Positions 11,615 to 20,053 of a stretch of DNA of 64,000 nucleotides are shown here, piece by piece. The translations under genes and the position numbers were made by a program. The first letter of the stretch is position 1, and each line of letters starts with the position of its first letter. Under the pieces are notes generated by a model. It saw only the letters and a list, made by a program, of their open reading frames with translations. It was not told the DNA's origin and did no database searches. The DNA comes from Sandaracinaceae bacterium (GTDB taxonomy: Bacteria > Myxococcota_A > Polyangia > Polyangiales > Sandaracinaceae): assembly GCA_044220955.1 (NCBI GenBank), contig JBGAQA010000014.1:1-64000 (forward strand), read 5' to 3'.

Positions 11615-12541
11615 ATGCCCCAGATCGCACCCGAGAGCCCATCCACCGAGAAAAGCACGAACGTTCGAGCTAACGAGCGGCCGCCGGCGCTGCGCGCGCT
11701 GCGCGGAGGGCTCGGCATGCTCTCGCGCGTCACGCCCGACGGCGCGGCGCTGCTCGCGGAGCGCCTCTTCCTCTCTCCGCGCCGGCACGCGCGCCCGGCG
11801 GCCGAGCACGAGCTGCTCGGCGCCGCGCGTCACCTCCTCGTCCCCTCCGAGCACGGCCCGATCGCGGCGTGGGAGTGGGGCGAGCAGGGGCCGCGCGTCC
11901 TGCTCGTGCACGGATGGGAGGGGCGCGGCGCTCAGCTCGGCGCGCTGGTGCCGCCCTTGCTCGGCGTCGGCTTCCGCGTGGTCGCGTTCGACGCGCCGGG
12001 CCACGGCGACACGGCCGGGTCGATCTCGTCCCTGTTCCACTTCGCGCAGGCGATCCACGCCATGGCGGCCGCGTTCGGTCCCTTCCACGCGGTGGTCGCG
12101 CACTCGATGGGCGGCGCGGCGACCACCTGGGCTCTGCACACCGAGTCCTTCGCGCGCCGCGTCGCGATGGTCGCGCCACCGATCGACGTGCGTGACTTCA
12201 CCCGCCACCTCGGCAGCCTCCTCGGGCTCGACGACGACGTGCGCACACGCCTGCACCGCCGGCTGGGCGTCCGCTTCGGCGTCGCGGTCGAGGATCTGCG
12301 CGCGGAGGCGCTCGCGCCGGGGATGCGGGCGCCGCTGCTCGTCGTGCACGACGAAGACGATCGCGACGTGCCCATCCGATGTGGCGAGCTCTACGCGGCC
12401 CGCTGGCCGGGCGCGACGCTCGTGCGCACGCGAGGGCTGGGACATCACCGGATCTTGCGCGACGACTCGGTGGTGCGTGCGTTGGTCCGCTTCGTCGCGG
12501 AGGACGCGCCACACCGCCTGCGGACCGAGGAGGTCGCATGA
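11615..12541 (+). CDS. Alpha/beta-fold hydrolase
   Basis: LVHGWEG, FDAPGHG, nucleophile elbow AHSMGG, HDEDD and GLGHHRIL. Confidence 0.9.
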   Translation: MPQIAPESPSTEKSTNVRANERPPALRALRGGLGMLSRVTPDGAALLAERLFLSPRRHARPAAEHELLGAARHLLVPSEHGPIAAWEWGEQGPRVLLVHGWEGRGAQLGALVPPLLGVGFRVVAFDAPGHGDTAGSISSLFHFAQAIHAMAAAFGPFHAVVAHSMGGAATTWALHTESFARRVAMVAPPIDVRDFTRHLGSLLGLDDDVRTRLHRRLGVRFGVAVEDLRAEALAPGMRAPLLVVHDEDDRDVPIRCGELYAARWPGATLVRTRGLGHHRILRDDSVVRALVRFVAEDAPHRLRTEEVA

Positions 12542-13206
12542 GCGACGCGGCGCCCACCCTCGACCTCCACTTCGACTTCATCTCGCCCTACGCCTACCTC
12601 GCGTGGACGCAGATCGAGCGCATCGCCGGCGCGCACGGCCGTCGCGTCCGCCTCGTCCCGGTGCTCTTCGCCGCGATGCTCGACTCGTTCGGCACGGTCG
12701 GCCCGGCCGAGGTCCCCGCCAAGCGCGACTACGGGTACCTCGACGTCCATCGGAAGGCGGCCCTGCTCGGCGTGCCGCTGACCATGCCACCGCGCCATCC
12801 CTTCGCGCCGCTGACGTCGCTACGTGCCGCGACGTCGTTCACCGACCCCACGGAGCGTGCGCGCGCGGTCGGGGCGCTGTTCCGCGCGGCGTGGGTCACC
12901 GGGGACGGCGTGGACACCCCCGCGCTCGTGCAGGAAGCGCTCGACGCCGCGGGGCTCGACGGGCCAGGAGCCGTCTCGCGCGCCGCGGCGCCCGAGGTGA
13001 AGACTGCGCTCTTGCATGCGACGAACGACGCGATCGCGCGGGGCGTCTTCGGCGTGCCGACGATCGCGGTCGGCACCGAGACGTTCTGGGGCACCGACGC
13101 CCTGCCGACGCTCGAGCAGTTCCTGCGCGGGCGCGATCCGATCACGCCCGAGCTGCGCGAGCGCCTGCGCGCGATCCCGGTCGGCGTCGAGCGCAAGCGC
13201 GGCTGA
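12538..13206 (+). CDS. 2-hydroxychromene-2-carboxylate isomerase / DsbA-like (GST-kappa) protein
   Basis: FDFISPYAYLA, RGVFGVPT and FWGTD motifs. ATGA overlap with the hydrolase stop. Confidence 0.88.
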   Translation: MSDAAPTLDLHFDFISPYAYLAWTQIERIAGAHGRRVRLVPVLFAAMLDSFGTVGPAEVPAKRDYGYLDVHRKAALLGVPLTMPPRHPFAPLTSLRAATSFTDPTERARAVGALFRAAWVTGDGVDTPALVQEALDAAGLDGPGAVSRAAAPEVKTALLHATNDAIARGVFGVPTIAVGTETFWGTDALPTLEQFLRGRDPITPELRERLRAIPVGVERKRG

Positions 13207-13253
13207 ACAGCGGCCGAACCACGCGGGGCGCACCCGGCGCCACGGAGGCTAAA

Positions 13254-16160
13254 TTAGAACGGCGTGCCGAGGTTGCCGTAGACCTGATCGATCCCGCCCT
13301 CCATCAGCCCGCGCGCGTACCCGACGCGCAGCGTGAGCCCGATGATGTAGAAGAGCGTGAAGTCGATCAGCACCTCCGCCCCGACGCCGAGGCGGAAGCG
13401 CGAGATCTGGAACGTGTCGGAGAACGCGTCGCCGTAGTCGGCGAACACGCTCGCGTACATGCGGTTCAGGAACACCGGGAGCGTCAGGACGCCCTGGTTG
13501 AAGCGCACGATCGGGAAGCGGTACTCGGCCTGGACGAGGTGCATCTGCGTCCCGTAGCGGCTGTTCGTCGGGTAGCCGCGCAGGACGACGCCGCCGAGCG
13601 TGTTGGGCGAGTAGAGCCCCGAGATGGGCGAGACGTTCGGGAACCCTCCGACGCCGAACACGCCTCGCTGGTCCAGGTCGCCGCCGCTGATGCCGCCGCC
13701 GTAGCGGAGCGCCAGCACGTGGTGCTCCCAGAGCGGCACGAACTGGGTCGCCGACCACGTCATGGTCACGACGCGGTACGCGCTTCCGATCAGCGGATCG
13801 GCGAGCCCGACGCCGAGGGCGATCGAGCGGCCGTTCGAGGGGCTGATGTCGTAGAGGTAGCGCTCGACGTCGCTGTAGACCCAGTTGAAGCGGAGGACGG
13901 AGTAGTAGCCGAGGTAGGGCAGGATCGGCGGCGGTGTGTTCGGGTCGAGCTCGTAGAGCCAGGGCTCGGCGCGGCTCGTGTACGTCCCGGCGTAGCTGAG
14001 CGAGATGGCGTCGTAGCGGAACGCGCGCGGGAACACGTACGAGAGATCGAGCGAGCCGCCGTACTGGTCCTGCACCCAGGTCCGGTCTTCGCCGCCGACC
14101 TGCAGGCCGCCCGCGTAGGTCAGATAGCGGAACCCCGCCACGCTCACGCCGAGCGGCGAGCGCGTGTACGCGTAGCTCGCGTCCACCTGCAGGTTGCCGC
14201 GCACCAGGCCGAAGCCGAGGCGGATGAGGTACTCGTGCTGGCCGACCACGTCGGCGCCCTGCGTGGTGACCCCGAGCTGCGGCCCGAAGCTGTCCTGCGC
14301 CAGATCGAGCATGTAGTGGCGCGGGTAGAGCGTCGGCAGCGGATCGTAGGCCTCGCTCTCCGCGAAGAGGTACTCGCCCGTCGCCGAGCCCGCGGGCCGC
14401 GAGTCGCGGTAGGCGGGGGCGTCGCGGAAGCCGTCGGGGTCGAGGTCGTCGAGGCGGAACAGGTCGAAGCCCCAGCTCGTGTAGCCGAGGTAGACCAGCG
14501 TTCGCCCGTCGGGGGACACCGCGGGCGTGTAGGCGCCCGACACGACGTTCGTGATCTGCCTCGTCGTCCCCGTCGCGAGCCGGTACGCGTAGATGTTCGC
14601 GATGCCGGTGCGATCCGACGAGAAGTACACCACCTCTCCGTCGGGCGAGAACACGGGCCCGGTGTCCTGCGCGCGATCGTGCGTGAGCCGGTCGACCCGA
14701 CCCGTGTCGACGTCGACGATCGCGATGTCGCGGTACCCCCCGTCGGACCAGGTCGAGAACACGATCGATCGACCGTCGGGCGAGAAGCGCGGCGTGTACA
14801 CCAGGCCGAATCGCTCGTGCGTCGCGAGCTCGCGCATGGTGCCGGGCACGTCCTCGACGCTGGCGATCATCAGGTGGCTCGTCCCGGCGCGCGTCGTCGT
14901 GAACGCGACGTGCCGCCCGTCGGGCGAGATGTCCGGCTCGCGCGCGCGCAGGCCCTCGGTGATCCGGCGCTCGTCGCCGCTCGCGAGGTCGCGGCGGAAG
15001 AGGTCCGCGTAGGCGTAGATGTCGCGGTACCAGTCCACGCGCGAGAAGAGGACGTAGCTGCCGTCGGGATGCACGGCCCCCTCCCCGCCGGCGTTCAGGC
15101 GAGCGAACGTGTCGCTGGTCTGGCCGGTCGCCGGGTCGACGACCATCAGCCGCGTCCGGCTCCAGTTGTCGGCGCGCGCGTAGACGAGCCGCCCGTCGCG
15201 CAGGAACCGGGGCGCCCGCGTGCTCTCGCCGTGCGTCGTGATCCGAACGCCCTCGACTCGCCCGATCGCGTCGACTGCGTCGCGCACGGCCTCGTCGTGG
15301 ACGCGCCGCTCCTCGAGGAACTCGCGCCAGAGCTCGGTGAACGTGTGGCCGGTCGCGCGCTGGGCCACGCGGTTGAAGCCGTAGGGCAGGATGGAGTCGC
15401 CGTAGTCGCGCGCCATCGCCGCGATGCTCTCGCGACCGTAGCGGTCGGCGATGAAGCGCATGAAGTGCGAGCCGTAGAGATACGCCGCTTCGCCGTGGGG
15501 CCAGCGGTCGGCGTCCGTCGAGACCTGATCGAGGTGCCACGCGCGGTCCTCGAGCACGTCCATGCGCAGGTACATGTCCCACATGCTCGAGCGCAGGCGC
15601 CCGCCGCTCGTGCGCTCCGTCTCCTGCCAGACGGCGATGCCTTCGATGATCCAGCGCGGCAGGACGTGGTTCGGCATGTAGACCTTGCCGAGGATCGCGT
15701 TGAGGATCGACGGAAGGCCCGAGGCCTGGTCGAGGTGCAGGATGTGCGTGTGCTCGTGGGACACGAGCGTCGTGAGCCAGTCGTCGTAGTCGCCGAGCGT
15801 CGAGAGATCCTCGGGGGGCTCCGCGTAGAGGCGGATGGTGTCGAAGGGAAGGGCGGTGGCGGAGCCGTTGGCCGAGTCGCTGTCGTCGGTGAGCACGATC
15901 TGGATGCGCGTCTGGCCCGGGGTCGGCGTCGGCTCGAACCCGAAGATCTCGCGCAGGGTCGTGTGCGCCCGCTCGGCCACGGTGCCTACGCGCCGGGCCA
16001 CGAGCGCGAGCGGGTCGTGGTAGTGGATGTCGAAGTGCTCGGTCTCGATGGACCGCCACTCGATCAGGGGGTCGCGCAGCTGGGCCGACGCGGCCGCGGG
16101 GGCGCCGAGGGCCAGCGCGAGCGGCAGCGCGAGGAGCGAGGCGGCGGCCAGGACGCGCAC
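13254..16160 (-). CDS. Omp85/BamA-superfamily outer-membrane protein with N-terminal zinc-metallopeptidase-like and PD40/TolB propeller domains
   Basis: Signal peptide, HEHTH plus downstream WIIEGIA, repeated PxxSPDG motifs, beta-barrel-like C-terminus with VLRGY and terminal Phe. Start probably GTG at 16160. Confidence 0.8.
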   Translation of the reverse strand: MRVLAAASLLALPLALALGAPAAASAQLRDPLIEWRSIETEHFDIHYHDPLALVARRVGTVAERAHTTLREIFGFEPTPTPGQTRIQIVLTDDSDSANGSATALPFDTIRLYAEPPEDLSTLGDYDDWLTTLVSHEHTHILHLDQASGLPSILNAILGKVYMPNHVLPRWIIEGIAVWQETERTSGGRLRSSMWDMYLRMDVLEDRAWHLDQVSTDADRWPHGEAAYLYGSHFMRFIADRYGRESIAAMARDYGDSILPYGFNRVAQRATGHTFTELWREFLEERRVHDEAVRDAVDAIGRVEGVRITTHGESTRAPRFLRDGRLVYARADNWSRTRLMVVDPATGQTSDTFARLNAGGEGAVHPDGSYVLFSRVDWYRDIYAYADLFRRDLASGDERRITEGLRAREPDISPDGRHVAFTTTRAGTSHLMIASVEDVPGTMRELATHERFGLVYTPRFSPDGRSIVFSTWSDGGYRDIAIVDVDTGRVDRLTHDRAQDTGPVFSPDGEVVYFSSDRTGIANIYAYRLATGTTRQITNVVSGAYTPAVSPDGRTLVYLGYTSWGFDLFRLDDLDPDGFRDAPAYRDSRPAGSATGEYLFAESEAYDPLPTLYPRHYMLDLAQDSFGPQLGVTTQGADVVGQHEYLIRLGFGLVRGNLQVDASYAYTRSPLGVSVAGFRYLTYAGGLQVGGEDRTWVQDQYGGSLDLSYVFPRAFRYDAISLSYAGTYTSRAEPWLYELDPNTPPPILPYLGYYSVLRFNWVYSDVERYLYDISPSNGRSIALGVGLADPLIGSAYRVVTMTWSATQFVPLWEHHVLALRYGGGISGGDLDQRGVFGVGGFPNVSPISGLYSPNTLGGVVLRGYPTNSRYGTQMHLVQAEYRFPIVRFNQGVLTLPVFLNRMYASVFADYGDAFSDTFQISRFRLGVGAEVLIDFTLFYIIGLTLRVGYARGLMEGGIDQVYGNLGTPF

Positions 16161-16253
16161 CGGCGGAGCGTTCGCGCCTCCACCGTCGGGGGTCAAGCGT
16201 TCCGGGCCGATCCGGCCGCCAGCGGAATTCTCGCCCCGAGGTCATCGGCTTCC

Positions 16254-16283
16254 TTGACCGGGTGAGCGTGGGTTCTCTAATCT
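16254..16283 (+). promoter_or_regulatory. Putative sigma70-type promoter
   Basis: TTGACC-N18-TAATCT immediately upstream of the FHA gene. Confidence 0.55.
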
Positions 16284-16292
16284 TTTCGTGCG

Positions 16293-17243
16293 ATGGAGCC
16301 GAAGATGACGCCCCCGCCGACGAACAGGTCGGCGAAGACGTACGCGCTCCGCTTCATTTCCGGCAAGTACCAGGGCGGCGAGTTTCCGCTCCCGAACAAC
16401 AAGGAGATCGTCGTCGGTCGCTCGAGCGAGCTCGACATGGTCCTCGTCGAGGACATGGTCAGCCGCCGCCACGCGAAGCTCACCGTCACCGGTGATCAGA
16501 TCTTCATCCAGGACCTGGGCTCGACGAACGGCACCTTCGTCAACGGCGAGAAGATCAAGCGGGCACGCCTGACCGAGGGCGATCGCATCCTGATCGGCAC
16601 CAGCATCATCAAGCTCGTCGCGAGCGACGGCGCCGCCGGCAGCAGCGACGCCAAGGCGAAGCTGGAGGACGTCGCCCAGGGGCGCCGCACCTCGCAGGTC
16701 CGCACGATGAGCGGATCCATCGCCGAGATCCCGCTACCCGACCTGCTGCAGCTCTTCTCGGCCTCGAAGAAGACCGGCACGCTCGTGATCCGCACGGAGC
16801 ACGACGTCGGCAAGATCTACATCGACGGCGGGCGGGTCCAGTTCGCGGTGGTGAACGAGCACTTCGACGTCCCGCCGATGAAGAGCCTCTTCCGCATCCT
16901 CACGTGGGCGGTCGGCAGCTTCGACATGGACGCGGCCGAGGAGCGCGAGTTCCCGACCAAGATCGAGATGAGCACCGAGGGCATCCTCATGGACGCCATG
17001 CGGCAGATCGACGAGATCCGCCGCCTCGGGCCCGAGATGCCCGCCACGAACGCGAACGTCTCCATCGCGATGCCGCTCGTACCGCCGCTCCGCGAGCTCT
17101 CGCAGGAGGAGCTCGACGTGCTGCAGCTCGCGCACAACTACGGCCACGTCGAGACGATCCTGAACAAGAGCCTCGCGAGCGACCTCGACACGAGCACCAT
17201 CCTCGCGAAGCTCGCGAAGAACGGCTACCTCCGCACCGAGTGA
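16293..17243 (+). CDS. FHA domain plus DUF4388-like domain protein
   Basis: FHA VGR..VSRRHA..DLGSTNGTFVNG followed by MSGSIAEIPLPDLLQL..KKTGTL..GKIY. The start may be ATG 16305. Confidence 0.85.
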   Translation: MEPKMTPPPTNRSAKTYALRFISGKYQGGEFPLPNNKEIVVGRSSELDMVLVEDMVSRRHAKLTVTGDQIFIQDLGSTNGTFVNGEKIKRARLTEGDRILIGTSIIKLVASDGAAGSSDAKAKLEDVAQGRRTSQVRTMSGSIAEIPLPDLLQLFSASKKTGTLVIRTEHDVGKIYIDGGRVQFAVVNEHFDVPPMKSLFRILTWAVGSFDMDAAEEREFPTKIEMSTEGILMDAMRQIDEIRRLGPEMPATNANVSIAMPLVPPLRELSQEELDVLQLAHNYGHVETILNKSLASDLDTSTILAKLAKNGYLRTE

Positions 17244-17259
17244 CGCGCGGCCGGCGGGG

Positions 17260-18807
17260 CTACTTCGCCGTCTCGGCCACGCGCAGCACGCTCGCCTCGG
17301 CCTCCGCGGGCTGCTCCGCCTTGGCGACGAGCGCGCTGCCGACCTCGACGAGGCGCTCCGCGAGCGCGTCGACGACGAGCTGGAGCAGGATATCCGTCTG
17401 CGGCGAGACGTCCCCGAGCTCGCTCGACCACGCGAACTTCGCGTCTCCGCGCGCGAGGTTCTCGGGCCCGAGGGGGAAGCGCGCCGTCACGAGGTCGGCG
17501 CCGCGGTCCGGCGCGTCCGGCGGAAAACGCCGGACGAGGATCGGCGGGACGCCCGGCGTGATCTCGCCGCTGTTGCCCGAGTAGCGGTAGATCTCGACGC
17601 ACGCGAGGCCGCCGGCCGAGCGCACCCACTCGAGCACGTCGAGCACGCGCTCCTCGGTGTCGGCCGCCTCGAGGCGCGGCCCGAGATCGCGGACGAGCCG
17701 GCGCAGGTGCTCGGTCTCTCGCCCCCGGATGCGCTGCCGCTGCCGGCGCGCCTGGTTCATCTGCTCGAAGAACCCGGCGAAGCGCATCAGCCCGCCGAGC
17801 ACGCCGATGATGGCGACGAGCGCGACGCCGACCTCCCAGCTGCGGCCGAGCGCGACGACGATCGACGCGATGGTGAGGCAGATGCACGCCGCGTAGATGA
17901 TCAGCACCGCGCGGCGGTGCGTGAGCCCCATGTCGAGCAGCCGGTGGTGCAGGTGGCCGCGGTCGGGCGAGAAGATCGGCCGCCGCTCCAGGATGCGGCG
18001 GAGCATCGCGAAGAGCGTGTCGATGATCGGCACGCCGAGCGCGGCGAGCGGGGCCAGCACGGACACCGTGAACGAGGCCTTCTGGAACGGACCGGAGATC
18101 GACGTGACCGCGAGCACGAACCCGAGGAAGTACGATCCCGAGTCGCCCATGAAGATGCGCGCGGGGTTGAAGTTGAAGAACAGGAACCCGAACACCACGC
18201 CGAGGAGCACCGACATCCAGACCGCGACGAGCGGCGAGCCGGACAGGATCGCGACCACCAGGTTCGTGATCGACGCGAAGAACACGACGCCCGCGGCCAG
18301 GCCGTCGAGGCCGTCGATCAGGTTCACGGCGTTGATGATCCCGGCGATCCAGAAGACCGTGACCGGGAGCGAGAAGACGCCCATCGAGATGGCCGGCAGG
18401 AGCGGCAGGTCGATGCTGTCGATGCGGAAGCCGCAGGCCCACGCGAGCGCGCCGACCGCGAGGTGCGTCAGCAGCTTGTGCAGCGCTCGCATCTTCACGA
18501 GGTCGTCGTAGAGGCCGACGCCGAACATCGCCGTGCCGCCGACGAAGAGCGCGGCCATCCAGCCGACGTGCTCGCCGGCCAGCTCGCGCGCCTCCGGCAC
18601 GAGCGCCACGAGGCCGCCGAGCGTGCCCACGAACGCGACGAACATCGCGATGCCGCCGACGCGGGGCGTCGGCGTCGTGTGCACGTTGCGCCCGCCCGGG
18701 TTGGCCACCCAGCCGCGCGCGAGCGCCAGCCGCCTGACCAGGGGCGTCAGCCCCGCGCTCGCCGCGGCGGCGACGAGGAAACCGAGGACGTAGGTCTCGT
18801 AGGGCAT
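17260..18807 (-). CDS. wecA: MraY/WecA-like undecaprenyl-phosphate HexNAc-1-phosphate transferase with C-terminal extension
   Basis: TPRVGG, GLYDD, NAVNLIDGLDGLA, FNFNPARIFMGDSGS and PDRGHLHHRL, with multiple TM segments. Confidence 0.9.
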   Translation of the reverse strand: MPYETYVLGFLVAAAASAGLTPLVRRLALARGWVANPGGRNVHTTPTPRVGGIAMFVAFVGTLGGLVALVPEARELAGEHVGWMAALFVGGTAMFGVGLYDDLVKMRALHKLLTHLAVGALAWACGFRIDSIDLPLLPAISMGVFSLPVTVFWIAGIINAVNLIDGLDGLAAGVVFFASITNLVVAILSGSPLVAVWMSVLLGVVFGFLFFNFNPARIFMGDSGSYFLGFVLAVTSISGPFQKASFTVSVLAPLAALGVPIIDTLFAMLRRILERRPIFSPDRGHLHHRLLDMGLTHRRAVLIIYAACICLTIASIVVALGRSWEVGVALVAIIGVLGGLMRFAGFFEQMNQARRQRQRIRGRETEHLRRLVRDLGPRLEAADTEERVLDVLEWVRSAGGLACVEIYRYSGNSGEITPGVPPILVRRFPPDAPDRGADLVTARFPLGPENLARGDAKFAWSSELGDVSPQTDILLQLVVDALAERLVEVGSALVAKAEQPAEAEASVLRVAETAK

Positions 18808-18818
18808 CGGTTCGGAAG

Positions 18819-19979
18819 CTACGGTTGCCTGCTGCCCCGCTCGGGTTCAGCCGGCCAGACCGCGGTGTACACCGCGAACACGCTCTGGACGATGCGCCGG
18901 AGGTCGAATTCACGCTCCGCGAGGGCGCGTCCGGCCCGGCCCATGCGGGCGCGCAGCGGCTCGTCCCGCAGGAGCGTGCCCAGCTGGCGCGCCAGATCGT
19001 CGCCGGAGCGGACTCGTGCAAGCAGAGCGGTCTCCCCGGCCACGACGGCGTCCCGGCATCCCGGCACGTCGGTGGTGACGACGGCACGCCCGGCCGCGGC
19101 GGCCTCGAGCAGCGCGCGCGGCGTTCCCTCGCGGTACGAGGGCAGGCAGACGACGCTCGCTTGCGCGAGCACAACCGGCATGTCCGAGCGGTGTCCCCAC
19201 CACTCGACGGCGCCGTCGGCCACGAGCGCGTCGAGCTCGGCCGGGCTGAGCGCCGCCGGGTTCTCGTGGGAGCCGCCGACGAGCGCGAAGCGCGCCGCGA
19301 CGCCCTCGGCGCGCAGCGCGCGCGCGGCGTGCACGAACTCGACGACGCCCTTGTCGCGAAGCATCCGAGCCGGGAGCACGACGAGCGGCGTCCCCGCGGG
19401 CGGAGGCTCTGCGCGATACGACGCCACGTCCACGCCGGAGCCGCCCCGCACGACCACCGCGCGCGCGGGCGAGACGCAGCCGAGCGCGACGAGCTCCCGG
19501 CGGTCGTCCTCGTTCTGGAAGATGACGCGCGAGCGCCGGTGGCCGAGCGCGCGCCGGTACGCCGCGACGACCAGGGCCCGCCGCGCGCGGGCGCGCGCCC
19601 CCTGCGCGATGAACGTGTAGCCGAGCCCCGAGACCGAGCTCACGAGGGCCGGGACACCCAGCATCCGCGCCGCCAGGCCCCCGTAGAGGACCGGCTTGAT
19701 GGTGACGTCGTGGACCAGCGTCGGACGCTCTCGCCGCATCACGGCCGCGATGGCGGCGAGCGTCTCGAGCTCCTTGCGAGGGTCGGTCGAGCCGCGGGCG
19801 AGCGGGATCGGGACGAAGCGGATCCCCGCGCGCTCGATCGCCTCGCGCGCGGGCCCTTCGGGGGCCGCCACCGCGACGTCGAGCCCGAGCGCGAGGCCGT
19901 GCTCCCCGAGCGCGAGCCGGTGCGAGACGAAGAACGCCGGGTCGTTCACGACGAAGAGCAAGCGCTGTCCGGGCTTCAT
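18819..19979 (-). CDS. GT-B glycosyltransferase, family 4
   Basis: FFVSHRL, TIKPVLYG, FQNEDD, RMLRDKGVVEF and LPSYREGTPRALLEAAA. Start probably ATG 19979. Confidence 0.9.
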   Translation of the reverse strand: MKPGQRLLFVVNDPAFFVSHRLALGEHGLALGLDVAVAAPEGPAREAIERAGIRFVPIPLARGSTDPRKELETLAAIAAVMRRERPTLVHDVTIKPVLYGGLAARMLGVPALVSSVSGLGYTFIAQGARARARRALVVAAYRRALGHRRSRVIFQNEDDRRELVALGCVSPARAVVVRGGSGVDVASYRAEPPPAGTPLVVLPARMLRDKGVVEFVHAARALRAEGVAARFALVGGSHENPAALSPAELDALVADGAVEWWGHRSDMPVVLAQASVVCLPSYREGTPRALLEAAAAGRAVVTTDVPGCRDAVVAGETALLARVRSGDDLARQLGTLLRDEPLRARMGRAGRALAEREFDLRRIVQSVFAVYTAVWPAEPERGSRQP

Positions 19980-20053
19980 GGGCGAACGTTCCACGTGGGC
20001 GAGGACACCATACTGCGCCCGGGCGAGGTTCGGGCTACACAGGCCGAGCTTCG

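Noticed and set aside
12192..16265. 1357-aa + ORF and other long Arg/Ala/Pro-rich alternative-frame ORFs (e.g. 4880-7909, 13249-16245, 4870-6822)
   Set aside because: They overlap well-supported genes, lack motifs and reflect stop-codon scarcity in high-GC DNA.
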